In this document: positions 12,989 to 28,248 of the stretch, one piece after another | Numbering within the stretch: the stretch's first letter is position 1 | Layout of the letters: each line of letters starts with the position of its first letter | NCBI GenBank assembly: GCA_000004695.1 | Contig: CM000152.2 | Location: 3,008,001 to 3,072,000 of the forward strand | Reading direction: 5' to 3' | Length of the DNA: 64,000 nucleotides | Origin: Dictyostelium discoideum | Lineage: Eukaryota | Position numbers and translations under genes: made by a program | Notes under the pieces: generated by a model | Told to the model about the DNA's origin: nothing | What the model saw: the letters and a program-made list of their open reading frames with translations, nothing else | Database searches by the model: none

Positions 12989-15239
12989 CTAAAATTTTGT
13001 TAAAAATAAAAAATTAATTAATATTGTTTTAATATTGATTAAATAAAATAGGTTTTACATACGATCACATATTACATTCAATTGGTATTCATAAGGTAAT
13101 TCAGTATTTAAAATATAATGTAAACCTGGTGTTCTAATTGCATATTCAAAATCACCTGGAACAATATTTGGAGGCATAAAAAATTTAAATTCATATCTTG
13201 AATTAATCCATTCACCATTAATTGTTATATTATCCCATTGAGGTATTATTTGAAGATATGGATCAAATGACAATGGAGAATCATTTGTTTCAAGATACAT
13301 AATATTATAACCATATGAGTTTGTTAAATTAACATCATTAAATAAGAAACTTATATTTGATATTGATTCAACATTAAATCCTATAAAATATAATTACTAC
13401 GATTAATAAATAAATAAAAAAACAAAAAATAAATATTGTATGTTACATACCAAAATTATTTAAAACAGGATAAGATAGCAATAGTTCGGTGGAAATAGAA
13501 TTTGTATCAGTTAGCAAAATTTCAAAATCAGGTCCACTCATTATATTATATTGATAGAAAAACTCCAATTCACCATTTTTTAAATCACCACTTAATATAT
13601 TGAAATCTGTTGAATAATATTGATAAATACCATTTGATTTATAACCCCCACTATAACTATTTAATATTATACTTGAAATACTAAATTGGGTCGAATATTT
13701 CAAATAAACCCTTCTAACATTGAAAAAATAATCTTGTTCTCTATACTCTAAAATTGTTGGGCCTGATGAATCTTTGTATAATTGTGGTTAGTTAATAAAA
13801 TAAACAATAAAGGGATATAATAATATGTGATAACATACTTGTATTGGGACCATTAAAATTTATTGTTTCTCCACCAATATCAAATGTATATCCTTGATCA
13901 GATAAATTTAATGTTGTTAAAACTGAAAAATCCATTATAAATTCATTATTATTTCCACTACCATATCCAAATGGAAAACCAGCAACTGATGTGGTATCCC
14001 AAAGAAATCTTTTCCAAGTATATTCAATTTCTTTTCTATTTATTTGGTTCTTTATAAAACAATTAATATTAAATAATCTATTATTGTTCAAAACAATTTC
14101 ATTGGTTGTTATATTTGAAATATTTAATAGAAAATCTAAAGTTTTTTATTTGTTAGTTTTTTTTTTTTTTTTTTTTGTTTTTATATTTCAAAACTTACAA
14201 GTATTATTATATATTTTTTTAATTTTTGATAATTTTGAATAATTTTGATACTGTAATTTAAAGTTTAGACTCCCATAATAAATTGATTTTAGATTTATGA
14301 AATAGTTAAAGGTTCCATCAATATTACTCGAGACTACCTTTGGTTTAAATGGAGATTCCATCACATTGATATATGGATATCTTTCAATTGGTTTAAAAGT
14401 GAACCAGTATTGGGGATAGTCAAAAGAGGAAATCATTTCAAATTCGCTTGGTTCATAATGAAGTATTGTCATATTATCGTAACTAATTGAACCTATGTTT
14501 TATTTATTAGTTTGAAATCCACTACGAATATTGAAAAATATTTTTTTAAATATACATACTTTTTTTTGGGGATGGGAGATCATATTGTTCAGATCCTATA
14601 AATATACTCCAAATTGGTGAAAAATCATCTGGTGCACCCCTAAATGTTAGTTTATATTTATTAAAATCAAAAGAAAGAGATGCACTAAAAACATCAACAT
14701 TAAATGTTGATAACCATGGTGGGTCTGTATTATCTTCCAAACCTGTAATATTAACATATAAACTATATGTTGATTTAAAAAAATTAAATGTATAATTGGA
14801 AATTGGTACAAATTTTAGATTTTTAGGAGTATCTGATATTTTTTATTTTGTTAGTAAATTTTTTATTATTTTTTATTATTTTTTATTAATATTTACCATA
14901 ACATATAATTTTTTGAGGAAATATTTGGGAAGAGCTTGGATTTTTAGAAGTAACATTGACATAAAAAATTATATCTCCAATATTTGCTGAAAAATATACA
15001 GGTGAAGTGATTGTACCACTAAATTTCTCTAACTGGTATTGGAAAATAGTTGTAGTATTATCCAGGGCGACCCAATCAATGTTTTCAATTTCTTCACTGT
15101 CAATGACTATTGAAGTTTCAAAATTACATCCCCCAAATGTTGCATATTTATTTTTAAAATTTGTTTGTAAAACAAAAATTGATAAAGTAAAATTTAAATA
15201 TAAAATAATAATAACAGTACAAATAAAAAATTTATTCAT
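10896..15239 (-). CDS. Large multi-exon type-I membrane glycoprotein (~1150-1250 aa): signal peptide, IPT/TIG-like module, tenascin-type EGF module, C-terminal TM plus short basic tail. Candidate member of the Tgr/Lag (tiger) cell-surface family. Paralog 1 of a tandem array
   Basis: Exon 1 15239..14897 (MNKFFICTVIIILYLNFTLS signal peptide; donor GTAAAT). Exon 2 from 14742 (acceptor ATTACAG). Further exons correspond to minus-strand track ORFs 14546..14740, 14188..14472, 13792..14091, 13443..13703, 13055..13300; precise splice sites not all resolved. Terminal exon 12988..10896. IPT/TIG-like signature ...ISTEGGSLLIYGKFPINGDFNVEF...; EGF CRGTPICGGPTQGTCDDVLGCICNSPWVGVDCNSK; TM LAGIIVGCSVAAIAITFATIVTIY then KKKVIAKQMKTFSAKLKPMSEN*. 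Many N-x-S/T sequons. Confidence 0.65.
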
Positions 15240-16153
15240 TTTGTTACTGAAACAAATGAAAAAAAAAAAAAAAAAAAAAAAGAAAGAAAAAAAATAAAAC
15301 TTAAGAATAAAGAAATTAAAATTTTAGTGGCTTGAAAAGTTCTTTTATTGGTTTTCTAATGTTGTTCTTAGTTTTTAATAATCAATTTAAAAAAATGGGT
15401 TTCAAAAAAAAGATTCAAATAAAAGTATATAAATATTGGAGTAGTAGGCTAAAGTCTTTCCGAAAAATATAAAATAAACATAATGCTCTTAAATAGTTGA
15501 TGGGTGGGATGATTAAAAATACTTTCCTAATAATTTAGTTGGATATTTTAAAAACCAAAAAAATTAAAATCAACCCACTTTTTTCAAATAAACTTTTTCC
15601 AATTTTTTTTTTTTTTTCCCACAAGCCCAATTATTTCAATTTCATTTTAATCTTTTTTTATTAATGTTATCTGAATGTTTTTTTTTTATTGTTCATTTGT
15701 TGTTTGTGATAAATGTGTAGATGATTGTGGTGTTTGTGTTTGTATAATCTTTTCAAATTGTACTCTTTTAGATTGTGGTAATTCAAAATTAATAAATAAA
15801 AATTTTAATGGTTTTTCAACTTGACTCATTATTAATTATTTATTATTATTTATGCACTGTGTTATTGTGTTACTACTATTATAATATTATGGATTTGAAT
15901 TGGATCAATTATTTATTTGAAAAGGAATCTAAATCTGAATCTGAATTTGAATTAATTGAAATTGATTTAATCTTGTTGAAAATGGATATAAATTACATAT
16001 GCTTCAGTTTGTAAAAAAAAAAAAAAAAAATAAAAAAAATTTAAAAATATCAATAATATTGTTTTTTTAATTTTTTTTTTAATTTTTTTTTTTTTTAAAA
16101 TGATTTTTCATAATAAAAAGTGGAACGTTTTCTTGCATTAACGAAAATTTTTT

Positions 16154-16193
<40 letters not shown>

Positions 16194-16228
16194 ATTATCC
16201 TTTTCTGACCCATTTACATTCCAGTAAA

Positions 16229-16918
<690 letters not shown>

Positions 16919-17069
16919 TAGTAAAAATCTTTCATATAATTAATAATTTACAAATGATAATCCTTAGAAAATAATAAAATAAATAATAATATTGGTTATT
17001 TAAAAATTGTTTTATAATAAATAGAAATATTTATTTAATTATTTTTTTTATTTTAGAAATTCCTTTTTA

Positions 17070-18710
17070 TTATTTCATTGCTATTAATTTATTACTAAAA
17101 ACTTTCATTTTTTTTTTAAGATTTCTTTTCTTTTTGGTTGTAACAACAGTTGCAACAGTTATTGCAATAGCGACAACACAACAACCTATGATTATTCCAG
17201 CTAATTGTGCTTTTGATAATCCAGATGATGACGATGGTTTTGGTGAACATATTGAATTATAATTTGTTGTCGATGGATTTGAGTTGACCTGCAAATTCAA
17301 TTGTTCTTTCATTTCAAAGTATTCAATACTATATTAGATGAATATGTTGATAATTTATAATTATTTGAATTATAAATCCATTTATCGAATGAATACATAT
17401 GTAAAACTTTATTATTATAAACGATCTCTCTAATTGCTACTATATTTATTAATGCTACTATATTTGTTTCTGAATTATCTGATGTTGTTGTTTCGTTTAA
17501 AACAATTGTTGGAGAAGTTGTATTAAATTCTGGTTGAGGTACTATAATAACTTTAGAATTACAATCTACACCAACCCATGGTGAATTACAAATACAACCT
17601 AATAAATTATCACATGTACCATGAGTTGCACCACCACAAATTGGAGTTCCTTTACATTTTGATGGTTGAGGCTTGGTAATAACTTTAAAATTACAATCTT
17701 CGCCATCCCATTGCCAATTACAAATACAACCTAATACATGATTACATGTACCATGAGTTGGACCACCACAAACTGGTGTACCTCTACAGTTTGATCTAAA
17801 ATATTTAATTATGAATGGTGTAACTGTGTACATGTATGATTTTGAATTTCCATTTTTAATCGAAATTGTAAATGGATCATTTGATGGTTTCGCGCCATCT
17901 ACTTTAATAATTAAGCCAGATTTCGTTGAAGGTTTTAATGAATATCCTTGGCTGAATTCAACAGTAAAATCTGCATCTGGTGGGAATCTACCATAAATAA
18001 ATAGTGAACCACCTTCTGATGATATTGGACTTGTACCTGTAATTAATCCAGGGCTTTGAGAATCCAATACTGTGAAACTTGTTTCAATTAAAAATGGATA
18101 TCCATTGTTTCTTAATGTTATTGATGAATAACCAAAGTAAGCTCCAAATCCAATTAAACCATAAAGATTGACTAAAATATCTTGTGGTAATCCAAATCCA
18201 TATGGTAATGTTAATTTACATTTGTATTGGTTGAATGTTGAATTTGTTTGTGTTGTAATTACATCATTACACTTCAATGCTTGAAAGAGCTGCGCTTGTT
18301 AAATAAACAATTGGATATTCTTTAATACCTGATCCAATTGAAATTCCATATGTAAATGTTACATCTCTATTTAAAGATCCAACATTAATACTTTTTGGTT
18401 CAAAATCAAATGATTTTAATTCTGGTTGAATAAAGCTTCTTCCACTTGGACATTCAGTTTCAATTGAGAATAAACTTTTATCTTCAATTGGATATAGCGG
18501 ATTGATATTTGGAGTATAGTCTAAACCTTTATTCATAAAGAAAGTTGAATTTAAACCATATCTAACATATAATACCATTTCTGCAATTGAGTATGTTTGA
18601 GATATACATATGCATTATTATTTAATGTTATATTGATTCGATATGTAAATTCATTTGAATATTCAATTGGTGAAATAATTGAAACATTATAAAGAATATT
18701 TTAAATCAAA
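17070..18710 (-). pseudogene. Decayed, 5'-truncated paralog of the flanking tgr-like genes. Mosaic of the two intact copies, with tandem EGF modules, frameshifts and internal deletions
   Basis: Homology to the copy-1 terminal exon begins abruptly at ~18710. Frameshift near 18270-18300. Two EGF modules at 17309..18277 (CRGTPVCGGPTHGTC..., copy-1-like, then CKGTPICGGATHGTC...NSPWVGVDCNSK, copy-3-like). Sequence corresponding to copy-1 11141..11508 and ~35 bp near copy-1 11560 is deleted. The last 80 codons (17070..17312) keep the TM and tail. Confidence 0.75.
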
Positions 18711-19045
18711 AATAGAGATCACATGAAAAAATAAAAAAAAAAAAAAAAAAGGAAAAAAAAAAAAAGGAAAAAAAAAAATTATGATCCACATAGAAAATAA
18801 AAGTACATTATTTTATTTCTTATTTTTAATTATTTAATTAATTTACTTTTTTTTTATTTTTTTTTATTTTTTATTTTATTTTATTTCTTTTTTTTTAATA
18901 TTCTTAATAAATTTTATTAAATTGTTGTTGTTAAATTGGAAGATGGTTTTAAATTATTATTATTATTTTTTTTTTTTTTTTTTTTTTCCATTTAATAGAT
19001 GAGGAAAAATTTTAAAATGTCGATTTGATTTTTAAAGACAATTTA

Positions 19046-22000
19046 TTAATTATTTATTGCTTGCATTTTTTTCCCAAACACCTTCATTTCTTTTTTTAGA
19101 GCTTTTTTTCTTTTTATTGTGACAACAGTGGCAAAAACAATTGCAATAGCACCAACGGAACCAACAATTATCCCTGCTAACTGGGCTGTTGTTAAACCAG
19201 ATTTGGATTTTGTTGATTTTGCAGAACAAATTGAATTTTCATTTGTTGTTGTTGATGGATTTGAATTGAGAATTAATGAGAAATCTGGATCAATTTTAAC
19301 ATTTTTATTATAGATTGGTATATTAATACCAATAAATGATTGGGATGTGTGAGAATCACTAATTGCACCTAATGATTTATCTAATAATTCATTTGAAATT
19401 GTAATTGGAGTTGAATCAACCAACGCTCTCCTTATGAATCTACCATATAAACTTTTACCTGATATTGATAATTTAACATAATCTGAACTTTCACTTGTTG
19501 TATTATCAAATTCTTTATTTGAACATGAATCTGAATTTGAATTAATTATTGCAGTGGCTGATATAATTAATTGTAATTGACTCAATTTTGTTGAAAATGG
19601 ATATTGATCAATATAAATTGTATATTTAATTGATGATGGTTTCATTATAATTTCTTGACCTGCAAATTCAATTTTTCTTTCATTTTCAAAGTATTCAATC
19701 TCTACTGAAATTGGTGTCATTGATCCATTTTTATTTATAATATTAGATGAATATATTGAAACATTTGAATTAATTGAATTATAAATCCATTTATCGAATG
19801 AATACATATGTAAAACTTTATTATTATAATCGATCTCTCTAATTGCAACTACATTTATTAATGCTACTATATTAGTTTCTGAATTATCTGATGTCGTTTC
19901 ATTTAATATAATTGTTGGTGAACTTGTATTAAATACTGGTTGAGGTACAACAATAACTTTAGAATTACAATCTACACCAACCCATGGTGAATTGCAAATA
20001 CAACCTAATACATCATCACATGTACCATGAGTTGCACCACCACAAATTGGTGTTCCTTTACATTTTGATGGTAATGTTGTTTTAATAAATCCTCTTTTAT
20101 ATGGTTTAATTATATATGGATTTGATTTTGAATTACCATTTTTGATCCAAATTGTAAGTGGACCACTTGATGGTTTTACATCATCGACTTTAATAATTGA
20201 ACCAGACTTCTCTAGAGGTAGTAATGAATAACCTTGACTGAACTCAACAGTATAATAAACATCTGGTGGGAATCTACCATAAATAAATAATAAACCACCT
20301 TCTGTTGATATTGAACTTGTACCTGTAATTATTCCTCCACTATTTGAGTTTATGACTGTGAAACTTGTTTCTATTAAAAATGGATATCCCAATTGCTGTA
20401 ATGAATATGATGAATAACCAAAGTAAGCTCCAAATCCTATTAAACCATAAAGATTAACGATTATATCCTTTGGTAATCCAAATCCATATGGTATTGTTAA
20501 TGTACATTTGTATTCGTTGAATGTTGAATTTGTTTTTGTTGTAATTACATCAATACATTTCAATATTTGAAGAGTTGAACTAGTTAAATAAACAATTGGA
20601 TATTCTTTAATACCTGATCCAATTGAAATTCCATATGTAAATGTTACATTTCTATTTAATGATCCAACATCAATATTTTTTGGTTCAAAATCAAATGATT
20701 TTAATTCTGGTTGAATGAAACTACCACTTGGGCATTCAGTTTGAATTGAATGTAAATTCCTATCACTTATTTTAAATAATGGATTGATATTTGGAGTAAA
20801 ATCTACTGCTTTATTTATATAAAAAGTTGAATTTAAACCATATCTATCATATAATACCATTTCTGCAATTGAGTATGTTTGAGATATACATGTATTATTA
20901 TTTAATGTTATATTGATTTGATATGTAAATTCATTTGAAAATTTAATTGGTGAAATAATTGAAACATTATAAAGAATATTATCAATTGAACCAATAACAA
21001 CAACATAACCATTATTGAAACCATTATAATCCTTAACTGTAAATGTCCAACTAATATTATAATTTTCATTATCTATTAGTGCCACACCTAAACTTGGTTC
21101 TTTATTCATTGTTGTTACAATTGGTCCCATTAAATCAATATCTAAAAACATATGTTTTTTAAAATAAAATTAATAAAACTATAATTAAAAAAATTAAATA
21201 AACAATTTAAAGATACATACGATCACTAATTATATTCAATTGGAATTCATCAGGTAATTCAGTATTTAAAATATATTGTAAATTTGGAGTTTTTATAGCA
21301 TATTCAAAAGCTCCTGGAACAATATTTGGAGGCATGTAAAATATAAATTCATAACGAGAATTTACCCATTCACCTTTAATTGTTATATTATCCCATTGAG
21401 GTATAATTTGAAGACATGGATTAAATGGTAATGGAGTATCATATGTTTCAAGGTACATTATATTATAACCATATGAATTTGTTAAATTTACGTCATTATA
21501 AAAGAAACTAATTTTTGATATATTCTCTGCATTAAAATCTATTAATTTATAATATTAAAAATTAGGAAAAAAGACTTTAAAAATTAATATAAAATAAAAT
21601 TAAAATAATAAACATACCATAATTTTGATCATATAGTTGTGGAAATGAAAGGGTATCTAAAAATGATTGATAATAACTATTTTGTTCTAAAATTGTATAT
21701 TCTGAATTTGAATCATAGATATTTAAAACTATAAAATCATTCTTTAGTAATCCATAAGTATAAATAAATTCAATAATACCATTATTAAGACTACCACTGA
21801 TAATGTTAAAATCTGTTGAAAGATAAACATAGGAATTCTGGAAAGCATTATTGATACTAAAATGGAATAATTCAATTTTAGAAATTCCATTTGGTGTTGA
21901 ATAATTAAATCTAAATAAAAGTTTGTTATCATCTTCTGAAAAAGTATCTAAAATATTAAATTTGGTAATTAATGGTGCTGAAAGATCTATAAATTAATTT

Positions 22001-23543
22001 TATAATTAGGTTAATAATAATTTAAATAAATAATATTAGAAATTTGTAAAAATATAATTTGTTACTTTTAAAATTAGGACCAGAGAATGAATATGAATAA
22101 CTTCCAACTGAAAATGAGTATGAACTATTTGATACATCCAACATTGTAAAAATTGAAATATCTAAATTAAAATTTTTATTATTTCCAGAACCAAAACCAA
22201 AAGGAAATGATTCATAATTTGTTTTACCACCTTCCCAATTATATTCAATTTCATTTCTACTTGTTAAATTCTCTCCTTTATAATTTAAGAATGTTAATAA
22301 ATCATCTAAATTAACTATATTTTTTGAACTTTGTAAATCTGTTGGTTCAAATTTAAAATCTTGATCTATATTTTTAATTAAAATGTTAGAAAAATAATAA
22401 AAATAAAAAAACAAAATTATAATTCTAATTCTTACATTTATAACTATTTTTATCTTGATATACATCTGAATAATTTTGAAGTGATAATGTACATAATACT
22501 TCACCAATAGAAATAATAAGTCTTGCATTAATAAAGTAGTTAAGAGATCCATCATCATAACTTGATACTATCTTTGGTAAGAAAAAAGAATCTCTTAAAT
22601 TAATATATGGATATCTTTCATTTGTTTTAATATTAATCCAAAATTGAGGATAATCAAATTTTGAATTCATATTATGATTAATATTATAGTAATCAATTAC
22701 TGCAGAATTTACATAACTAATTGAACCTTTTTTTTTTTTTAATTAATTATTAATTAACATTAATATTGTAAAGATAATCAAAATGTAAATTATTATTAAA
22801 ACTTACTATTAAATGGTGATGATATATTAAATTTTGGTGAACCATCAATGTATTCAAAAGACCATGTTTTTGGAGCAACGGTTTTTGGTGTACCGAAAAA
22901 TGTTAATTTGTATCTTCCATCATATTCATAGTCAATAGAAACTGAAAAAATACCACTCTCTGAAGTAGTAAGTCTGGGAACATATGAGACATCATCAATT
23001 AACCCACTCACATTAACATAACATGAATATGCTGATGTGAAATAATTATATGAATAACCAGATATTTGTTCAATTGTGAAATCAGTTGGAATTTCTATAT
23101 AATATAAATAAATAGATTTTTTTTTTTTTTTAATAAATGTTTAAAAAAAGGAAAATATATATATATATATTTTAATTACCCTGACACATAGGATAAGTTG
23201 TATGATATAAAAAACCACCATTTTTTGAATATGCTTTAACTCCAATTTCACATTGATTTATTGGACAATATACTCTCGCAGAAAATAACTGTGCTGTTTC
23301 ATTGTGAAAAATAACATTTACATCATTATAAGTTGTGAAAGCATTGAAACCACCCCAAGTTACATTATCCAATCCATTTAAATCTGAAACCAAAATTGAA
23401 AAACTGAATTCACATGAACCACCTATTGCATAAAAAGAAGATCCAAGTGAAAATTTAAATTCTTCAAATTTTAAATCTGAAATAACAAATTGAACAATAA
23501 ATCCAAACACCAATAAAAAATAAAAGTAAATATTAATTTTCAT
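19046..23543 (-). CDS. Tgr/Lag-like type-I membrane glycoprotein, paralog 2 of the tandem array, same architecture as 10896..15239
   Basis: Exon 1 from ATG 23543 (MKINIYFYFLLVFGFIVQFVISD signal peptide). Internal exons correspond to minus-strand ORFs 22796..23011, 22425..22670, 22022..22558 (part), 21207..21458. Terminal exon ~21163..19046. EGF CKGTPICGGATHGTCDDVLGCICNSPWVGVDCNSK; TM LAGIIVGSVGAIAIVFATVVTI then KRKKALKKEMKVFGKKMQAINN*. 3' two-thirds ~75-85% aa identical to copy 1; N-terminal exons strongly diverged. Confidence 0.65.
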
Positions 23544-23950
23544 TATTCTTTTTTTTTTTTTTTATTCCTTTTTTTTTTTTTTTAATAATAAAAAAAAAAA
23601 AAAAAAAAAAGAAACCAATTATCAAGGGAAATTAAAGGTGTTTAACAAAAACCATTTTGTGGATCAAAAAGATATTATTAAACAATTTTATTTGAAAAAA
23701 TGTTTAAAATGGTTCAAACGATTCTTATAACCAATCTTTAGATTTTTTCTTTTTAAAATTTCCATTTGTTTTTATCGGTTTTTTTTTTTTTTATTTTTAA
23801 AAAAATAAAAATATCTTCCTCTTTCAAAAATCTTAGGGTTTTTTTTTTGTCCATGCATTACAGTTTTTTTTTTTTTTTTTATCATTTTTTAATTTTTTTA
23901 TTGTTAGAGAATTTCTGATTTGTAAAAACCATCCTTAAAATCTTGATTAT

Positions 23951-23993
<43 letters not shown>

Positions 23994-26836
23994 CTATTCA
24001 TTTAAAATTGAAGTTATATAAGAAAGGTCAGATAGTTGCCAATTATTATCCCAAAATCCAAGAGCATTAGCACCCGATACACCTTGATAACCAAAATTTG
24101 GACCTAATATCATGAAATCTGGCATTGGGAAAGATGATTTAGTTGGGAAATTGAAAAGACTATTTTGGAAACCAATAGTATCAGTACCCTCAATAACTGT
24201 AAGCATACAACCTTGTCTAGCTTGAGTATAACGTTCTTTTGGTGTAATTTTCATAATGGCCTCTGGTGAATAACATGATGATAAAAACAATAAACCAACA
24301 GAAGGACCTGAAAACATATTTGAATCATCATTTAAAGAGAATGACATATTATCACTTGAACCATGGAAACCAATTGGTGATGGTAAAACTGATTGAATTG
24401 AGTAAACTGCTTTATTTGTTTGTGGGCCTCCCATAAATATTACATTATAAGTTGTGAATAAGTCATTTGTGAATTGAGTATCCTCTAAAACATTTATTGA
24501 ATATCTCATTTGATACATTAAAACATTTGATAAATAAACTGCAGATTGTTGACGTTGATTGGTTTGTTGTTCACTTCCAATTGTACCATAAACAATTAAA
24601 ATTGGATAATCTAATATTTGTACCATTGGACCAGAATTTAATGGTGATCTTTCACTCCACATCCAATCATTACCATCATTACAAATTGACCAAACTACAC
24701 TTGAACCACTCTTTTTATTATTTTTAACCTTTGTACCATCGGTACAATAATGTGATGGTAGTTGAATATAATTAAATTTTTGACCATCGATAATGACTTG
24801 ATTTGGTTTCTCATTGAATGAATTGAAACCAAATCTTTTTACATTCTCTGTTTGTAGTGACCAAATACCACTTGATAAAGAGTTTGTTTTATCAACACGA
24901 ATTTTTGAAGCTTTGAAATTATTAATGGCTTGTTGAATTGAAACACCACCTTTGCCTTGGAAAGAGCCAGGATTTAAACAATTGATTAAAAATCTGTCCG
25001 GTAATAATGGTATACCAGAGATTGCATATTTGCTAAGGAATGCTTGCATGATTGCATCATCAACCACACCATTGAACCAATGATTTTCTCCTGGGATTTC
25101 ACTAATTAACCCAATACTTGTATTATGTGTTAACTGATCATATAGACGTAGCATACGTCTAAGATGATAGGGTGGCACATTATCATCATCTGAACCCATA
25201 CGAACTATCATTGGTATATTGATTAAATGTGGTGAGTGGAAATCTGCATCATTTTGACTAACTACTGAATCTAGAATAAATCTTATCATTGGATTACTCC
25301 AAGAATAACCAACTCTAAGGAAATTTGGTGAATATAATTTCATATCAATCCAACCTGCTGCAATTGATAATGATACCACTCTATCTGGTGAAATTGCTGT
25401 TGCGAAATGTTCACTACCATGTCCACCCATACTATGACCTAGTACTTGAAGTTGATATGGATCACATTGATATTTGGTTTTCAAATTGTTTGGCACACCA
25501 GGTAATGAATTACATAAATAATCCAATGCCATCAATCCATTCTTTATACCACCCTCTTCCCAATCGAATCCATAATTGGCTCTATTTGTTGGTAATAATA
25601 TCCATGTATAATTTTGAACTTGAAATGCGCCTGTCCACGCCGATGATTTTGCATCAACACCTGCACCATGTAATGCAAATAAAACTGGTGTTGGTGATAT
25701 ACCTCCTTCTATATCATTTGGTGGTATTGCATCAGCATATTGAATTGATAAATCAAAATCTTGAAATGTAAATGTAAATGGTTCACCAAATGATTTACAT
25801 GTAAAATTTAATGTTATTAATTCACCTTTTGATTGTGGGGATTGAGGATAAACCATCATACTAAATGCATAGGTTGTACCTGAAGGACAATTAATAAGAC
25901 CACTACCATTACTAGTTTTAACAATGAAATTGACAGGAATTAATTGACCAGGACCAATGTAATTAATTTCTTGAGGTAATGGTGATTCAATTAATGAAAC
26001 TTGAAACTCATCAGTTAATGGCTCTAATGATATCATGCCACTGATTGGTTGATTCAATATATTCAAAACTGAAATTGAGATAAAAGGTGATGAAAATTCA
26101 TTATCAACTATATCTGGTACAATCGTATTTTCATAGACTATGAAAATTGATTGCTCCTCTTTGGTTGTTATGATTTCACATTGATAACTTGCTGCCTCTG
26201 ATCCAATGATTCTAACTTTTAATTGATGTGTACCACTTGATAATTGAATTGAATTAAATTGTAATCCCAATCCATATGAATCACCTTGCATCACTGTTGA
26301 ATCTATCCAAAACTTTGCAATACCTGAACATGTAACTAAAATGGTTTCACTAGTATTCAATGAAAATGTTGAAATTCCCCAACCACTAAAATATGTGCCA
26401 CTTGATCCTGCCCAATTATTTATTAAATCCCAATTTACATTATTTGAAAAATTTAAATTAACCATACCATCAACATTTGTTGTATAATGATTCCATCCAA
26501 CTCTAAATTTTTATTTATATATAATAAATATAATAAACAAATAAATAAAACAAATAAAAAAAATAAAAAAAATTAATACATTATATATGTTTTTATATTA
26601 ATTTAAAAAAACACATACCTTGCTCCATTAACTAATTCACTAATATATGTTGAATTATCACCTATTGGTATATTATCAATTCCACCATAACAATTTAATA
26701 CATCAACATCTTCTCTTGGTGCACTTGGAAATGGTGCTAATATATCCCATTCTGTTAAATAATAATTTTCACAATTAACTAGGTTTTGGGATATTAAAAT
26801 AATAAATAATGAAAGTAAATATAATAACAATTTCAT
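23994..26836 (-). CDS. Secreted alpha/beta-hydrolase-fold protein (~908 aa), GHSMGG nucleophile elbow, lipase/PGAP1-like; 2 exons
   Basis: Exon 1 26836..26619 (MKLLLYLLSLFIILISQNLVNC signal peptide, donor GTATGT). Exon 2 26502..23994 (acceptor AAATTTAG). Motifs YQLQVLGHSMGGHGSEHFA (GxSxG) and a downstream MGSDDDNVPPYHLRRM acid/His region. Specific substrate unknown. Confidence 0.7.
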
Positions 26837-27183
26837 TATTTATTTGTAACTATAAAAAAATTAAAAAAAATAAAAAATAAAAAAATTATTGAAAAAGTCA
26901 TTTTTTGTGGTTTGATCTACAATTTAATAACCCCAACACAACTAAAAAAAAAAAAAAAAAATTTATTTTTTATTTTTTATTAATTTCCCAACTTTTTTTT
27001 TTTTAACCCAATATCGGGGTGACAAATAACATTCCCAATATTAAAAAAAAAGGTAATTACTTTTTTTTTTTTTTTTTTATTTCTTATTTATTATCTATTT
27101 TTTTTTTTTAATTTGATAAAAACATTCAAATCTGGTATTAAAAAAAAAAAATAATAATAAAACAATTATTTATTATTTTTTTA

Positions 27184-27458
27184 TCATTGTTTATTTAATA
27201 ATATTCTTTTAGATTGTTCAAAAAATGTAAAAGATAAAGCAGCAGCCAAACCTGCTTTCACAATTCCAGGTGTACCACCTTTAAAGAAAGCTTTTACACC
27301 TCCTTCATTAAAATATAAATCTCTAAAACATGATTTCATTCCATATCCAACTTTTTCATTCACTTGTAATCTCTTTTTAACTACATCAAATGGTAATACT
27401 AAAAACTATAATTAATAATTAATAATTAATAATTAATAAATATATTAGTATTTGATTA

Positions 27459-27499
<41 letters not shown>

Positions 27500-28248
27500 T
27501 TTGAAATTGCACCAGAAAGTAAACCACAAGTAAATTGATTTAAAGGATTATTATTATTATTATTTACAGAAGAAGTATATTTATTTGAAATGAATTTAAA
27601 AGTTTCATAAAATGTGAATTGAAAACCCATTTGTGGTACAATTTGGAAAAGTGATGAATTTATACCACTGAATAAATTTGAATAACCACCATTACGTGCA
27701 ATGATTGTTTTAAAAGTTTGTTTGAAATTAGTTTTGTTATGATTATTTACAATATTGGTACGAATGATATCGAATGGATATGAAACGATAGTTGATAGTA
27801 TACCAGCACTTGCGCCACCAATCATTGTAATACTAGAAGATGGTTTATAATTTGGTTTATCTTTATCAGTTCTTTGTTGATGTTTACGATATTCCGGGTC
27901 GAGAATTCCAATAATTTCATTATATGTTGAGAATTGAATTGCTGCATAGGTCACCCACAATAACTCTGCACTAAAATTACCTTTCCATAATGATCTAATA
28001 CCCTCCTCCCTTATAACCTTACTCATTGTATTAATTATACCTCTATAATTCACATTTTCTTTACCAATAATTTTATTATTATTATTACTATTATTATTTA
28101 ATTGCGTACGTTGTAATTGAAGTCTAATCTTTACAACATCCAATGGTGCAACTATAAATCTTGTAAGTGCTCCTGAAAATGATCCTGCTGCCAATTCAAC
28201 GAAAACATTTGTTTTTTTATCTTCATCATTTGATGTAGTAATTATCAT
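27184..28248 (-). CDS. Mitochondrial substrate carrier (SLC25) family protein, 2 exons, ~323 aa
   Basis: Exon 1 28248..27499, donor AAG|GTAAAAAA... Exon 2 27405..27184, acceptor TTATAG. Three Mitochondrial carrier (mitochondrial energy-transfer) signature repeats: [37 protein letters not shown]. The track ORF tail ([12 protein letters not shown]) is poly-A intronic read-through. Confidence 0.8.

Noticed and set aside
15690-15830. 47-codon minus-strand ORF MSQVEKPLKFLFINFELPQSKRVQFEKIIQTQTPQSSTHLSQTTNEQ* upstream of the first tgr-like gene
   Set aside because: Too short, no motif, lies in the presumptive promoter of the tgr-like gene. It could be a uORF or a micro-protein but there is no support beyond an ATG.
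15808-16014. 68-aa + strand ORF
   Set aside because: TTG pseudo-start, hydrophobic nonsense, overlaps the region above on the other strand.
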